Shown here in pieces: positions 1 to 14,600 of a stretch of DNA of 64,000 bases; position 1 is the stretch's first letter, and the number at the start of each line of letters is the position of its first letter. Below the pieces are notes generated by a model. That model made no database searches. It had not been told where the DNA came from and saw only the letters and a list, made by a program, of their open reading frames with translations. A program made the position numbers and the translations under genes. The stretch covers positions 17,974 through 81,973 of the forward strand of contig NW_021832836.1 in NCBI RefSeq assembly GCF_006345805.1, written 5' to 3'. The stretch is from Octopus sinensis (taxonomy: Eukaryota).

Positions 1-440
1 GGTTAGAAAATGTCAAAATATTGCATATGTGTACTTGAAAAACAACAAAAAATTTAGTGATCTATTAGCTAAATATAAGTTAACTGATTGATTAATAGCT
101 TATATTTATCCATGAGAACACTAAAATCTCAAAAGTTTTCAGGTTATCAAATGTCAAAATATTGCATATGTGTACTTGAGAAACAACAGAAAATTTAGTG
201 ATCTCTTAGCTAAATATAAGTTAACTGATTGATAAAAAGCTTATCTTTATCCAAGAGAACACTAAAATCTCAAAAGTTTTCAGGTTAGAAAATGTCAAAA
301 TATTGCATATGTGTACTTGAAAAACAACAAAAAATTTAGTGATCTCTTAGCTAAATATAAGTTAACTGATTGATAAAAAGCTTATATTTATCCAAGAGAA
401 CATTAAAATCTCAAAGGTTTTCAGTTTAGAAAATGTCAAA

Positions 441-808
441 ATATTGTATATGAGTACTTGAGAAACAACAGAAAATTTAGTGATCTCTTAGCTTAATATA
501 AGATAACTGATTGATTAAAAGCTTATATTTATCCAAGAGAACACTAAAATCTCAAAAGTTTTCAGGTTAGAAAATGTCAAAATATTGCATAAGTGTACTT
601 GAGAAACAACAATTTAGTGATCTCTTGATCACTAATTTTTGTTGTTTCTCAGTACACATATGCAATATTTTGACATTTTCTAACCTGAAAACTTTTGAGA
701 TTTTAGTGTTCTCTTGGATAAATATAAGCTTTTAATCAATCAGTTAACTTATATTTAGCTAAGAGATCACTAAATTTTCTGTTGTTTCTCAATTACACAT
801 ATACAATA
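441..808. repeat. Fold-back inversion of satellite (near-perfect palindrome, ~180-bp arms)
   Basis: Centre tagtgatc-tctt-gatcacta at 615-634. Positions 627-808 are the reverse complement of satellite matching ~441-622, with a few differences. Confidence 0.92.
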
Positions 809-810
809 TA

Positions 811-1340
811 CAGTCAGTAAACCTAAAATCACATTTGTTTTTTTACTTTTTTATGCCTATTTGCAACTTTTGTGATTTTTGTGATCTCTTTGGTAAATAA
901 GTTACTGATATTATAGTTATGTAAGAGATCATTAAAATTTTAATAGTTTTCAGAAAACAAATGTGTCAATTATTGTAAATAAGCATAAAAAAATGAACAA
1001 AATTGCTAATTCAAATTTGTTGAATTTTAGTACTTATTGCAATATTTTGATACTTTGTTTTCTGAGAACAAATAAGTACTAAAAAGCAACAAATTTGAAT
1101 TAATAATTCTATTTACTTTTTTATGCTTCTCTGCTATATTTTGACACATTTTGTTTTCTGAAGAGGATTTTGACTTGAGTGTTATCTTGGCTGCTCAATT
1201 AGCAACGTTGTTCGCTTTTTTATGCCTATTTGCAAATTTTTGCACATTTTGTTATCTGTTGGATAAATATAATATTATTAGTCAGTTAACTTATATTTTA
1301 CCACAGAGATTACTGAAATCACAAAATCACAAATAAGCCT
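811..1340 (+). repeat. Ectopic copy of array-flank segment 19021-19555 inside the satellite
   Basis: Begins cagtcagtaaacctaaaatcac and ends caaataagcctaaa, as at ~19021-19555. The ORF track shows near-identical spurious peptides at 1151-1336 and 19363-19548. Confidence 0.92.
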
Positions 1341-1722
1341 AAATTTAGTGATCTATTAGCTAAATATAAGTTAACTGATTGATAAAAAGCTTATATTTAT
1401 CCAAGAGAACACAAAATCTCAAAAGTTTTCAGGTTAGTAAAGGTCAAAATACAGCATATGTGACTTGAAAAAGACAAAAAATTTAGTGATCTCTTAGCTG
1501 AATATAAGTTAACTGATGGATAAAAAGCTTATCCAAGAGAACACTAAAATCTCAAAAGTTTTCAGGTTAGAAAATGTCAAAATACAGCATATGTGTACTT
1601 GAAAAACAACAAAAATTTAGTGATCTCTTAGCTAAATATAAGTTAACTGATTGATAAAAAGCTTATATTTATCCAAGAGAACACTAAAATCTCAAGGTTT
1701 TTCACGTTAGAAAATGTCAAAA

Positions 1723-2090
1723 TATTGTATATGAGTACTTGAGAAACAACAGAAAATTTAGTGATCTCTTAGCTTAATATAAGATAACTGATTGATTAAA
1801 AGCTTATATTTATCCAAGAGAACACTAAAATCTCAAAAGTTTTCAGGTTAGAAAATGTCAAAAATTGCATAAGTGTACTTGAGAAACAACAAAAATTTAG
1901 TGATCTCTTGATCACTAAATTTTTGTTGTTTCTCAAGTACACATATGCAATATTTTGACATTTTCTAACCTGAAAACTTTTGAGATTTTAGTGTCTCTTG
2001 GATAAATATAAGCTTTTAATCAATCAGTTAACTTATATTTAGCTAAGAGATCACTAAATTTCTGTTGTTCTCAATTACACATATACAATA
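1723..2090. repeat. Second copy of the fold-back inversion
   Basis: Centre tagtgatc-tctt-gatcacta at 1898-1917, 1283 bp after the first centre. Confidence 0.9.
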
Positions 2091-2092
2091 TA

Positions 2093-2620
2093 CAGTCAGT
2101 AAACCTAAAATCACATTTGTTTTTTTACTTTTTTATGCCTATTTGCAACTTTTGTGATTTTTGTGATCTCTTTGGTAAATATAAGTTAACTGATATTATA
2201 GTTATGTAAGAGATCATAAAATTTTAATAGTTTTCAGAAAACAAAATGTGTCAAATTATTGTAAATAAGCATAAAAAAATGAACAAAATTGCTAATTCAA
2301 ATTGTTGAATTAGTACTTATTTGCAATATTTTGATACTGTTTCTGAGAACAAATAAGTACTAAAAAGCAACAAATTTGAATTAATAATCTATTTACTTTT
2401 TTATGCTTCTCTGCTATATTTTGACACATTTTGTTTTCTGAGAGGATTTTGACTTGAGTGTTATCTTGGCTGCTCAATTAGCAACGTTGTTCGCTTTTTT
2501 ATGCCTATTTGCAAATTTTTGCACATTTTGTTATCTGTTGGATAAATATAATATTATTAGTCAGTTAACTTATATTTTACCACAGAGATTACTGAAATCA
2601 CAAAATCACAAATAAGCCTA
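2093..2620 (+). repeat. Second ectopic copy of the flank segment
   Basis: Same start and end junctions as 811-1340, with several 1-nt indels. Confidence 0.9.
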
Positions 2621-5600
2621 AATTTAGTGATCTATTAGCTAAATATAAGTTAACTGATTGATAAAAAGCTTATATTTATCCAAGAGAACACTAAAATCTC
2701 AAAAGTTTTCAGGTTAGTAAAGGTCAAAATACAGCATATGTGTACTTGAAAAAGAACAAAAAATTTAGTGATCTCTTAGCTGAATATAAGTTAACTGATG
2801 GATAAAAAGCTTATCCAAGAGAACACTAAAATCTCAAAAGTTTTCAGGTTAGAAAATGTCAAAATACAGCATATGTGTACTTGAAAAACAACAAAAAATT
2901 TAGTGATCTCTTAGCTAAATATAAGTTAACTGATTGATAAAAAGCTTATATTTATCCAAGAGAACACTAAAATCTCAAAGGTTTTCACGTTAGAAAATGT
3001 CAAAATACAGCATATGTGTACTTGAAAAACATCAAAAAATTTAGTGATCTATTATCTAAATATAAGTTAACTGATTGATAAAAAGCTTATATTTATCCAA
3101 GAGAACACTAAAATCTCAAAAGTTTTCAGGTTAGAAAATGTCAAAATATTGCATATGTGTACTTGAAAAACAACAAAAAATTTAGTGATCTCTTAGCTAA
3201 ATATAAGTTAACTGATTGATAAAAAGATTATATTTATCCAAGAGCACACTAAAATCTCAAAAGCTTTCAGGTTAGAAAATGTCAAAATATTGCATATGTG
3301 TACTTGAGAAACAACAGAAAATTTAGTGATCTCTTAGCTTAATATAAGATAACTGATTGATAAAAAGCTTATATTTATCCAAGAGAACACTAAAATCTCA
3401 AAAGTTTTCAGGTTAGAAAATGTCAAAATACAGCATATGTGTACTTGAAAAACAACAAAAAATTTAGTGATCTCTTAGCTAAATATAAATTAACTGATTG
3501 ATTAAAAGCTTATATTTATCCAAGAGAACACTATAATCTCAAAAGTTTTCAGGTTAGAAAATGTCAAAATATTGCATATGTGTACTTGAAAAACAACAAA
3601 AAATTTAGTGATCTATTAGCTACATATAAGTTAACTGATTGATAAAAAGCTTATATTTATCCAAGAGAACACTAAAATCTCAAAAGCTTTCAGGTTAGAA
3701 AATGTCAAAATATTGCATATGTGTACTTGAAAAACAACAAAAAATTTAGTGATCTCTTAGCTAAATAAGTTAACTGATTAAATTTAGTGATCTCTTAGCT
3801 ACATATATGTTAACTGATTGATGAAAAGCTTATATTATCCAAGAGGACACTAAAATCTCAAAAGTTTTCAGGTTAGAAAATGTCAAAATATTGCATATGT
3901 ACTTGAAAAACCACAAAAAATTTAGTGATCTCTTCACTAATATAAGTTAACTGATTGATAAAAAGCTTATATTTATCCAAGAGAACACTAAACTCTCAAA
4001 AGTTTTCAGGTTAGAAAATGTCAAAATATTGCATATGCGTTCTTGAAAACAACAAAAAATTAGTGATCTCTGAGCTATATATGTAACTGATTGATAAAAA
4101 GCTTATATATATTCAAGAGAACACTAAAATCTCAAAAGTTTTCAGGTTACAAAATGTCAAAATATGTGTACTTGAGAAACAACAGAAAATTTAGTGATCT
4201 CTTAACTAAATATAATTTAACTGATTGATAAAAAGCTTATATTTATCCAAGAGAACACTTAAATCTCAAAAGTTTTCAGGTTAGAAAATGTCAAAATATG
4301 TGTCCTTGAAAAACAACAGAAAATTTAGTGATCTCTTAGCTAGATATAAGTTCACTGATGGATAAAATGCTTATATTTATCCAAGAGAACACTAAAATCT
4401 CAAAAGTTTTCAGGTTAGAAAATGTGAAAATATGTGTACTTGAAAAACAACAGAAAATTTAGTGATCTCTTAGCTAAATATAAGTTAACTGATTGACAAA
4501 AAGCTTATATTTTTCCAAGAGATCACTAATATCTCAAAAGTTTTCAGAATACAAAATGTCAAAATATTGTATATGTGCACTTGAAAAACAACAAAAAATT
4601 CTGTGAGCTCCTAGCAAAATATAAGTTAACTGATTGATAAAAAGCTTATATCCAAGAGAACGCTAAAATCTCAAAGGTTTTCAGGTTAGAAAATGTCAAA
4701 ATATTGCATATGCGTACCTGAAAACAACAAAAAATTTAGTGATCGCTTAGCTAAATATAAGTTAACTGATTGATAAGAAGCTTATATATTCAAGAGAACA
4801 CTAAAATCTCGAAAGTTTTCAGGTTACAAAATGTCAAAATATGTGTACTTGAGAAACAACAGAAAATTTAGTGATCTATTAGCTAAATATAAGTTAACTG
4901 ATTGATAAAAAGCTTATATTTATCCAAGAGAACACTAAAATCTCAAAAGTTTTCAGGTTAGTAAAGGTCAAAATACAGCATATGTGTACTTGAAAAAGAA
5001 CAAAAAATTTAGTGATCCCTTAGCTGAATATAAGTTAACTGATGGATAAAAAGCTTATCCAAGAGAACACTAAAATCTCAAAAGTTTTCAGGTTAGAAAA
5101 TGTCAAAATATTGCATATGTGTACTTGAAAAACAACAAAAAATTTAGTGATCTCTTAGCTAAATATAAGTTAACTGATTGATTAATAGCTTATATTTATC
5201 CAAGAGAACACTAAAATCTCAAAAGTTTTCAGGTTAGAAAATGTCAAAATATTGCATAAGTGTACTTGAAAAACAACAAAAAATTTAGTGATCTCTTAGC
5301 TAAATATAAGATAACTGATTGATAAAAAGCTTATATTTATCCAAGAGAACACTAAAATCTCAAAGGTTTTCACGTTAGAAAATGTCAAAATACAGCATAT
5401 GTGTACTTGAAAAACATCAAAAAATTTAGTGATCTATTATCTAAATATAAGTTAACTGATTGATAAAAAGCTTATATTTATCCAAGAGAACACTATAATC
5501 TCAAAAGTTTTCAGGTTAGAAAATGTCAAAATATTGCATGTGTACTTGAAAAACAACAAAAAATTTAGTGATCTATTAGCTACATATAAGTTAACTGATT

Positions 5601-8600
5601 GATAAAAAGCTTATATTTATCCAAGAGAACATTAAAATCTCAAAAGCTTTCAGGTTAGAAAATGTCAAAATATTGCAAATGCGTACTTGAAATACAACAA
5701 AAAATTTAGTGATCTCTTTGCTAAATATAAGTTAACTGATTGATAAAAAGCTTATATTTATCCAAGAGATCACTAAAATCTCAAAAGTTTTCAGGTTAGA
5801 AAATGTCAAAATACAGCATATGTGTACTTGAAAAACAACAACAAATTTAGTGATCTCTTCGCTAAATATAAGTTAACTGATTGATAAAAAGCTTATATTT
5901 ATCCAAGAGAACACTAAAATCTCAAAAGCTTTCAGGTTAGAAAATGTCAAAATATTGCATATGTGTACTTGAAAAACAACAAAAAATTTAGTGATCTCTT
6001 AGCTAAATATAAGTTAACTGATTGATAAATTTAGTGATCTCTTAGCTACATATATGTTAACTGATTGATAAAAGCTTATATTTATCCAAGAGGACACTAA
6101 AATCTCAAAAGTTTTCAGGTTAGAAAATGTCAAAATATTGCATATGTGTACTTGAAAAACAACAAAAAATTTAGTGATCTCTTCACTAAATATAAGTTAA
6201 CTGATTGATAAAAAGCTTATATTTATCCAAGAGCACACTAAAATCTCAAAAGCTTTCAGGTTAGAAAATGTCAAAATATTGCATATGTGTACTTGAGAAA
6301 CAACAGAAAATTTAGTGATCTCTTAGCTAATATAAGATAACTGATTGATAAAAGCTTATATTTATCCAAGAGAACACTAAATCTCAAAAGTTTTCAGGTT
6401 AGAAAATGTCAAAATACAGCATATGTGTACTTGAAAAACCAAAAAATTTAGTGATCTCTTAGCTAAATATAATTAACTGATTGATTAAAAGCTTATATTT
6501 ATCCAAGAGAACACTATAATCTCAAAAGTTTTCAGGTTAGAAAATGTCAAAATATTGCATATGTGTACTTGAAAAACAACAAAAAATTTAGTGATCTCAT
6601 TAGCTAATATAAGTTAACTGATTGATAAAAGCTTATATTTATCCAAGAACACTAAAATCTCAAAAGTTTTCAGGTTAGAAAATGTCAAAATATTGCATAT
6701 GTACTTGAAAAACAACAAAAAATTTAGTGATCTCTTCTAATATAAGTAACTGATTGATATTTAGTGATCTCTAGCTAACATATATGTTAACTGATTGATA
6801 AAAAGCTTATATTTATCCAAGAGAACACTAAAATCTCAAAAGTTTTCAGGTTAGAAAATGTCAAAATATTGCATATGTGTACTTGAAAAACAACAAAAAA
6901 TTTAGTGATCTCTTCACTAAATATAAGTTAGATTGATAAAAAGCTTATATATATTCAAGAGAACACTAAAATCTCAAAAGTTTTCAGGTTAGAAAATGTC
7001 AAAATATTATGTGTACTTGAAAAACAACAAAAATTTAGTGATCTCTTAGCAAATAAATAGTTTAACTGATTGATAAAAGCTTATATTTATCCAAGAGAAC
7101 ACTTAAATCTCAAAAGTTTTCAGGTTAGAAAATGTCAAAATATTGCATATGCGTACTTGAAAAACAACAAAAAATTTAGTGATCTCTTAGCTAAATATAA
7201 GTTAACTGATTGATAAAAGCTTATATTTATCCAAGAGAACACTAAAATCTCAAAGTTTTCAGGTTAGAAATGTCAAAATATTGCATATGTGTACTTGAAA
7301 AACAACAAAAATTTAGTGATCTCTTAGCTAAATATAAGTTAACTGATTGATAAAAAGCTTATATTTATCCAAGAGAACACTAAAATCTCAAAAGTTTCAG
7401 GTTAGAAAATGTCAAAATATGTGTACTTGAAAAACAACAAAAATTTAGTGATCTCTTTATATAAGTTAACTGATTGATAAAAAGCTTATATTTTTCCAAG
7501 AGTTCACTAATTTCTCAAAAGTTTTCAGTAGATAGGAACAAAATCCAAAATTTGTTGTCAAAATATTGTATAGTGCCTTGAAAACACAAAAAATCTTAGA
7601 ACGCTAAAAGAGATACGCTTAAATCTCAAAAGTTTTCAGGTTAGAAAATGTCAATATTGCATATGTGTACTTGAAAACACAAAAATTTAGTGATCTCTTA
7701 GCTAAATATAAGTTAACTGATTGATAAGAAGCTTATATAAATTCAAGAGAACACTAAAATCTCAAAAGTTTTCAGTTAGAAAATGTCAAAATATGTGTAC
7801 TTGAAAAACAACAAAAAATTTAGTGATCTCTTAGCTAATATAAGTTAACTGATTGATAAAAAGCTTATATTTATCCAAGAGAACACTAAAATCTCAAAAG
7901 TTTTCAGGTTAGAAAATGTCAAAATACAGCATATGTGTACTTGAAAAAACAAAAATTTAGTGATCTCTTAGCTAAATATAAGTTAACTGATTGATAAAAA
8001 GCTTATATCCAAGAGAACACTAAAATCTCAAAGTTTTCAGGTTAGAAAATGTCAAAATATTGCATATGTGTACTTGAAAACAACAAAAAATTTAGTGATC
8101 TCTAGCTAAATATAAGTTAACTGATTGATAAATAGCTTATATTTATATCCAGAGAACACTAAAATCTCAAAGTTTTCAGGTTAGAAAATGTCAAAATATT
8201 GCATAGTGTGTACTTGAAAAACAAAAAAAAATTTAGTGATCTCTTAGCTAATATAAGTTAACTGATTGATAAAAAGCTTATATTTATCCAAGAGAACACT
8301 AAAATCTCAAAGTTTTCAGGTTAGAAAATGTCAAAATATTGCATGTGTACTTGAAAAACAACAAAAAATTTAGTGATCTTTATCTAAATATAAGTTAACT
8401 GATTGATAAAAAGCTTATATTTATCCAAGAGAACACTAAAATCTCAAAAGTTTTCAGGTTAGAAAATGTCAAAATACACATATGTGTACTTGAAAAACAA
8501 CAAAAAATTTAGTGATCTCTTAGCTAAATATAATTAACTGATTGATTAAAAGCTTATATTTATCCAAGAGAACACTATAATCTCAAAGTTTTCAGGTTAG

Positions 8601-11600
8601 AAAATGTCAAAATATTGCATATGTGTACTTGAAAAACAACAAAAAATTTAGTGATCTATTAGCTACATATAAGTTAACTGATTGATAAAAAGCTTATATT
8701 TATCCAAGAGAACACTAAAATCTCAAAAGCTTTCAGGTTAGAAAATGTCAAAATATTGCATATGTGTACTTGAAAAACAACAAAAAATTTAGTGATCTCT
8801 TAGCTAAATATAAGTTAACTGATTGATAAATTTAGTGATCTCTTAGCTACATATATGTTAACTGATTGATAAAAAGCTTATATTTATCCAAGAGGACACT
8901 AAAATCTCAAAAGTTTTCAGGTTAGAAAATGTCAAAATATTGCATATGTGTACTTGAAAAACAACAAAAAATTTAGTGATCTCTTCACTAAATATAAGTT
9001 AACTGATTGATAAAAAGCTTATATTTATCCAAGAGAACACTAAAATCTCAAAAGTTTTCAGGTTAGAAAATGTCAATATACAGCATATGTGTACTTGAAA
9101 AACAACAAAAAATTTAGTGATCTCTTAGCTAAATATAAGTTAACTGATGGATAAAAAGCTTATCCAAGAGAACACTAAAATCTCAAAAGTTTTCAGGTTA
9201 GTAAATGTCAAAATACAGCATATGTGTACTTGAAAAACAACAAAAAATTTAGTGATCTATTAGCTAAATATAAGTTAACTGATTGATTAATAGCTTATAT
9301 TTATCCATGAGAACACTAAAATCTCAAAAGTTTTCAGGTTAGAAATGTCAAAATATTGCATATGTGTACTTGAAAACAACAAAAAATTTAGTGATCTCTT
9401 AGCTAAATATAAGATACCTGATTGATAAAAAGCTTATAGTTATCCAAGAGAACACTAAAATCTCAAAAGTTTTCAGGTTAAAAATGTCAAAATACAGCAT
9501 ATGTGTACTTGAAAACACAAAAAAATTTATTGATCTCTCTCGCTAAATATAAGTTTATGATTGATAAAAAGCTTATATTTATCCAAGAGAACACTAAAAT
9601 CTCAAAAGTTTTCAGGTTAGAAAATGTCAAAATATTGCATATGTGTACTTGAAAAACAACAAAAAATTTAGTGATCTCTTAGCTAAATATAAGTTAACTG
9701 ATTGATAAAAAGCTTATATTTATCCAAGAGAACACTAAAATCTCAAAAGTTTTCAGGTTAGAAAATGTCAAAATATTGCATATGTGTACTTGAAAAACAA
9801 CAAAAAATTTAGTGATCTCTTAGCTAAATATAAGTTAACTGATTGATAAAAGCTTATATTTATCCAAGAGAACACTAAAATCTCAAAAGTTTTCACGTTA
9901 GAAAATGTCAAAATACAGCATATGTGTACTTGAAAAACATCAAAAAATTTAGTGATCTATTAGCTAAATATAAGTTAACTGATTGATAACACTAAAACCT
10001 CAAAAGTTTTCAGGTTAGAAAATGTCAAAATATTGCATATGTGTACTTGAAAAACAACAAAAAATTTAGTTATATGTTAACTGATTGATAAAAAGCTTAT
10101 ATTTATCCAAGAGAACACTAAAATCTCAAAAGTTTTCAGGTTAGAAAATGTCAAAATATTGCATATGTGTAATTGAGAAACAACAGAAAATTTAGTGATC
10201 TCTTAGCTAAATATAGGTTAACTGATTGATTAAAAGCTTATATTTATATAAGAGAACACTAAAATCTCAAAAGTTTTCAGGTTATCAAATGTCAAAATAT
10301 TGCATATGTGTACTTGAGAAACAACAAAAAATTTAGTGATCTCTTAGCTTAATATAAGATAACCGATTGATAAAAAGCTTATATTTATCCAAGAGAACAC
10401 TAAAATCTCAAAAGTTTTCAGGTTAGAAAATGTCAAAATATTGCATATGTGTACTTGAAAACAACAAAATTTAGTGATCTCTTAGCTAAATATAAGATAA
10501 CTGATTGATAAAAGCTTATATTTATCCAAGAGAACACTAAAATCTCAAAAGTTTTCAGGTTAGAAAATGTCAAAATATTGCATATGTGTACTTGAAAAAC
10601 AACAAAAAATTTAGTGATCTCTTCGCTAAATATAAGTTAACTGATTGATAAAAAGCTTATATTTATCCAAGAGAACACTAAAATCTCAAAAGTTATCAGA
10701 TTAGTAAATGTCAAAATACAGCATATGTGTACTTGAAAAAGAACAAAAAATTTAGTGATCTCTTAGCTAAATATACGTTTATTGATTGATAAAAAGCTTA
10801 TATTTATCCAAGAGAACACTAAAATCTCAAAAGTTTTCAGGTTAGAAAATGTCAAAATATAGCATATGCGTACTTGAAAAACAACAAAAAATTTAGTGAT
10901 CACTTAGCTAAATATAAGTTAACTGATTGATAAAAAGCTCATATTTATCCAAGAGAACACTAAAATCTCAAAAGTTTTCAGGTTAGAAAATATCAAAATA
11001 TAGCATATGCGTACTTGAAAAACAACAAAAAATTTAGTGATCTCTTAGCTGAATATAAGTTAACTGATTGATAAAAAGCTTATATATATCCAAGACAACA
11101 CTAAAATCTCAAAAGTTTTCAGGTTAGAAAATGTCAAAATATGTGTACTTGAAAAACAATAGAAAATTCAGTGATCTCTTAGCTAAATATAATTTAACTG
11201 ATTGATAAAAAGCTTATATTTATCCAAGAGAACACTAAACTCTCAAAAGTTTTCAGGTTAGAAAATGTCAAAATATTGCATGTGTACTTGAAAAACAACG
11301 AATAATTTAGTGATCACTTAGCTAAATATAAGTTAACTGATTGATAAAAAGCTTATATTTATCGAAGAGAACACTAAAATCTCAAAAGTTTTCAGGTTAG
11401 AATATGTCAAAATATTGCATATGCGTACTTAAAAAACAACAAAAAATTTAGTGATCTCTTAGCTAAATATAAGTTTATTGATTTTTAAAAAGCTTATATT
11501 TATCCAAGAGAATACTAAAATCTCAAAAGTTTTCAGGTTAGAAAATGTCAAAATATGTGTACTTTAAAAACAACAGAAAATTTAGTGATCTCTTAGCTAA

Positions 11601-14600
11601 ATATAAGTTAACTGATGGATAAAAAGCTTATATTTATCCAAGAGAACACTAAAATCTCAAAAGTTTTCAGGTTAGTAAATGTCAAAATACAGCATATGTG
11701 TACTTGAAAAAGGACAAAATATTTAGTGATCTCTTAGCTGAATATAAGTTAACTGATTGATAAAAAGCTTATATTTATCCAAGAGAACACTAAAATCTCA
11801 AAAGTTTTCAGGTTAGAAAATGTCAAAATATTGCATATGCGGACATGAAAAACAACAAAATATTTAATGATCTAAATATATGTGTACTCGAAAAACAACA
11901 AAAAATATAGTGATCTCTTAGCTATATGTAAGTTAACTGATTGGTAAAAAACTAAAATCTCAAAAGTTTTCAGGTTAGAAAATGTCAAAATATTGCATAT
12001 GCGTACTTGAAAAACAACAAAAAATTTAGTGATCTCTGAGCTAAATATATGTTAACTGATTGATAAAAAGCTTATATTTATCCAAGAGAACACTAAACTC
12101 TCAAAAGTTTTCAGGTTAGAAAATGTCAAAATATTGCATATGCGTTCTTGAAAACAACAAAAAATTTAGTGATCTCTGAGCTAAATATATGTTAACTGAT
12201 TGATAAAAAGCTTATATATATTCAAGAGAACACTAAAATCTCAAAAGTTTTCAGGTTACAAAATGTCAAAATATGTGTACTTGAGAAACAACAGAAAATT
12301 TAGTGATCTCTTAACTAAATATAATTTAACTGATTGATAAAAAGCTTATATTTATCCAAGAGAACACTTAAATCTCAAAAGTTTTCAGGTTAGAAAATGT
12401 CAAAATATTGCATATGCGTACTTGAAAAACAACAAAAAATTTAGTGATCTCTTAGCTAAGTATAAGTTTATTGATTTTTAAAAAGCTTATATTTATCCAA
12501 GAGAACACTAAAATCTCAAAAGTTTTCAGGTTAGAAAATGTCAAAATATGTGTCCTTGAAAAACAACAGAAAATTTAGTGATCTCTTAGCTAGATATAAG
12601 TTAACTGATGGATAAAATGCTTATATTTATCCAAGAGAACACTAAAATCTCAAAAGTTTTCAGGTTAGAAAATGTGAAAATATGTGTACTTGAAAAACAA
12701 CAGAAAATTTAGTGATCTCTTAGCTAAATATAAGTTAACTGATTGACAAAAAGCTTATATTTTTCCAAGAGATCACTAATATCTCAAAAGTTTTCAGAAT
12801 ACAAAATGTCAAAATATTGTATATGTGCACTTGAAAAACAACAAAAAATTCTGTGAGCTCCTAGCAAAATATAAGTTAACTGATTGATAAAAGCTTATAT
12901 CCAAGAGAACGCTAAAATCTCAAAGGTTTTCAGGTTAGAAAATGTCAAAATATTGCATATGCGTACCTGAAAACAACAAAAAATTTAGTGATCGCTTAGC
13001 TAAATATAAGTTAACTGATTGATAAGAAGCTTATATATATTCAAGAGAACACTAAAATCTCGAAAGTTTTCAGGTTACAAAATGTCAAAATATGTGTACT
13101 TGAGAAACAACAGAAAATTTAGTGATCTATTAGCTAAATATAAGTTAACTGATTGATAAAAAGCTTATATTTATCCAAGAGAACACTAAAATCTCAAAAG
13201 TTTTCAGGTTAGTAAATGTCAAAATACAGCATATGTGTACTTGAAAAAGAACAAAAAATTTAGTGATCCCTTAGCTGAATATAAGTTAACTGATGGATAA
13301 AAAGCTTATCCAAGAGAACACTAAAATCTCAAAAGTTTTCAGGTTAGAAAATGTCAAAATATTGCATATGTGTACTTGAAAAACAACAAAAAATTTAGTG
13401 ATCTATTAGCTAAATATAAGTTAACTGATTGATTAATAGCTTATATTTATCCAAGAGAACACTAAAATCTCAAAAGTTTTCAGGTTAGAAAATGTCAAAA
13501 TATTGCATAAGTGTACTTGAAAAACAACAAAAAATTTAGTGATCTCTTAGCTAAATATAAGATAACTGATTGATAAAAAGCTTATATTTATCCAAGAGAA
13601 CACTAAAATCTCAAAGGTTTTCACGTTAGAAAATGTCAAATACATGCATATGTGTACTTGAAAAACATCAAAAAATTTAGTGATCTATTATCTAAATATA
13701 AGTTAACTGATTGATAAAAAGCTTATATTTATCCAAGAGAACACTATAATCTCAAAAGTTTTCAGGTTAGAAAATGTCAAAATATTGCATATGTGTACTT
13801 GAAAAACAACAAAAAATTTAGTGATCTATTAGCTACATATAAGTTAACTGATTGATAAAAAGCTTATATTTATCCAAGAGAACATTAAAATCTCAAAAGC
13901 TTTCAGGTTAGAAAATGTCAAAATATTGCAAATGCGTACTTGAAATACAACAAAAAATTTAGTGATCTCTTTGCTAAATATAAGTTAACTGATTGATAAA
14001 AAGCTTATATTTATCCAAGAGATCACTAAAATCTCAAAAGTTTTCAGGTTAGAAAATGTCAAAATACAGCATATGTGTACTTGAAAAACAACAACAAATT
14101 TAGTGATCTCTTCGCTAAATATAAGTTAACTGATTGATAAATTTAGTGATCTCTTAGCTACATATATGTTAACTGATTGATAAAAAGCTTATATTTATCC
14201 AAGAGGACACTAAAATCTCAAAAGTTTTCAGGTTAGAAAATGTCAAAATATTGCATATGTGTACTTGAAAAACAACAAAAAATTTAGTGATCTCTTCACT
14301 AAATATAAGTTAACTGATTGATAAAAAGCTTATATTTATCCAAGAGAACACTAAAATCTCAAAAGTTTTCAGGTTAGAAAATGTCAAAATATGTGTCCTT
14401 GAAAAACAACAGAAAATTTAGTGATCTCTTAGCTAGATATAAGTTAACTGATGGATAAAATGCTTATATTTATCCAAGAGAACACTAAAATCTCAAAAGT
14501 TTTCAGGTTAGAAAATGTGAAAATATGTGTACTTGAAAAAAACAACAAAAATTTAGTGATCTCTTAGCTAAATATAAGTTAACTGATTGACAAAAAGCTT

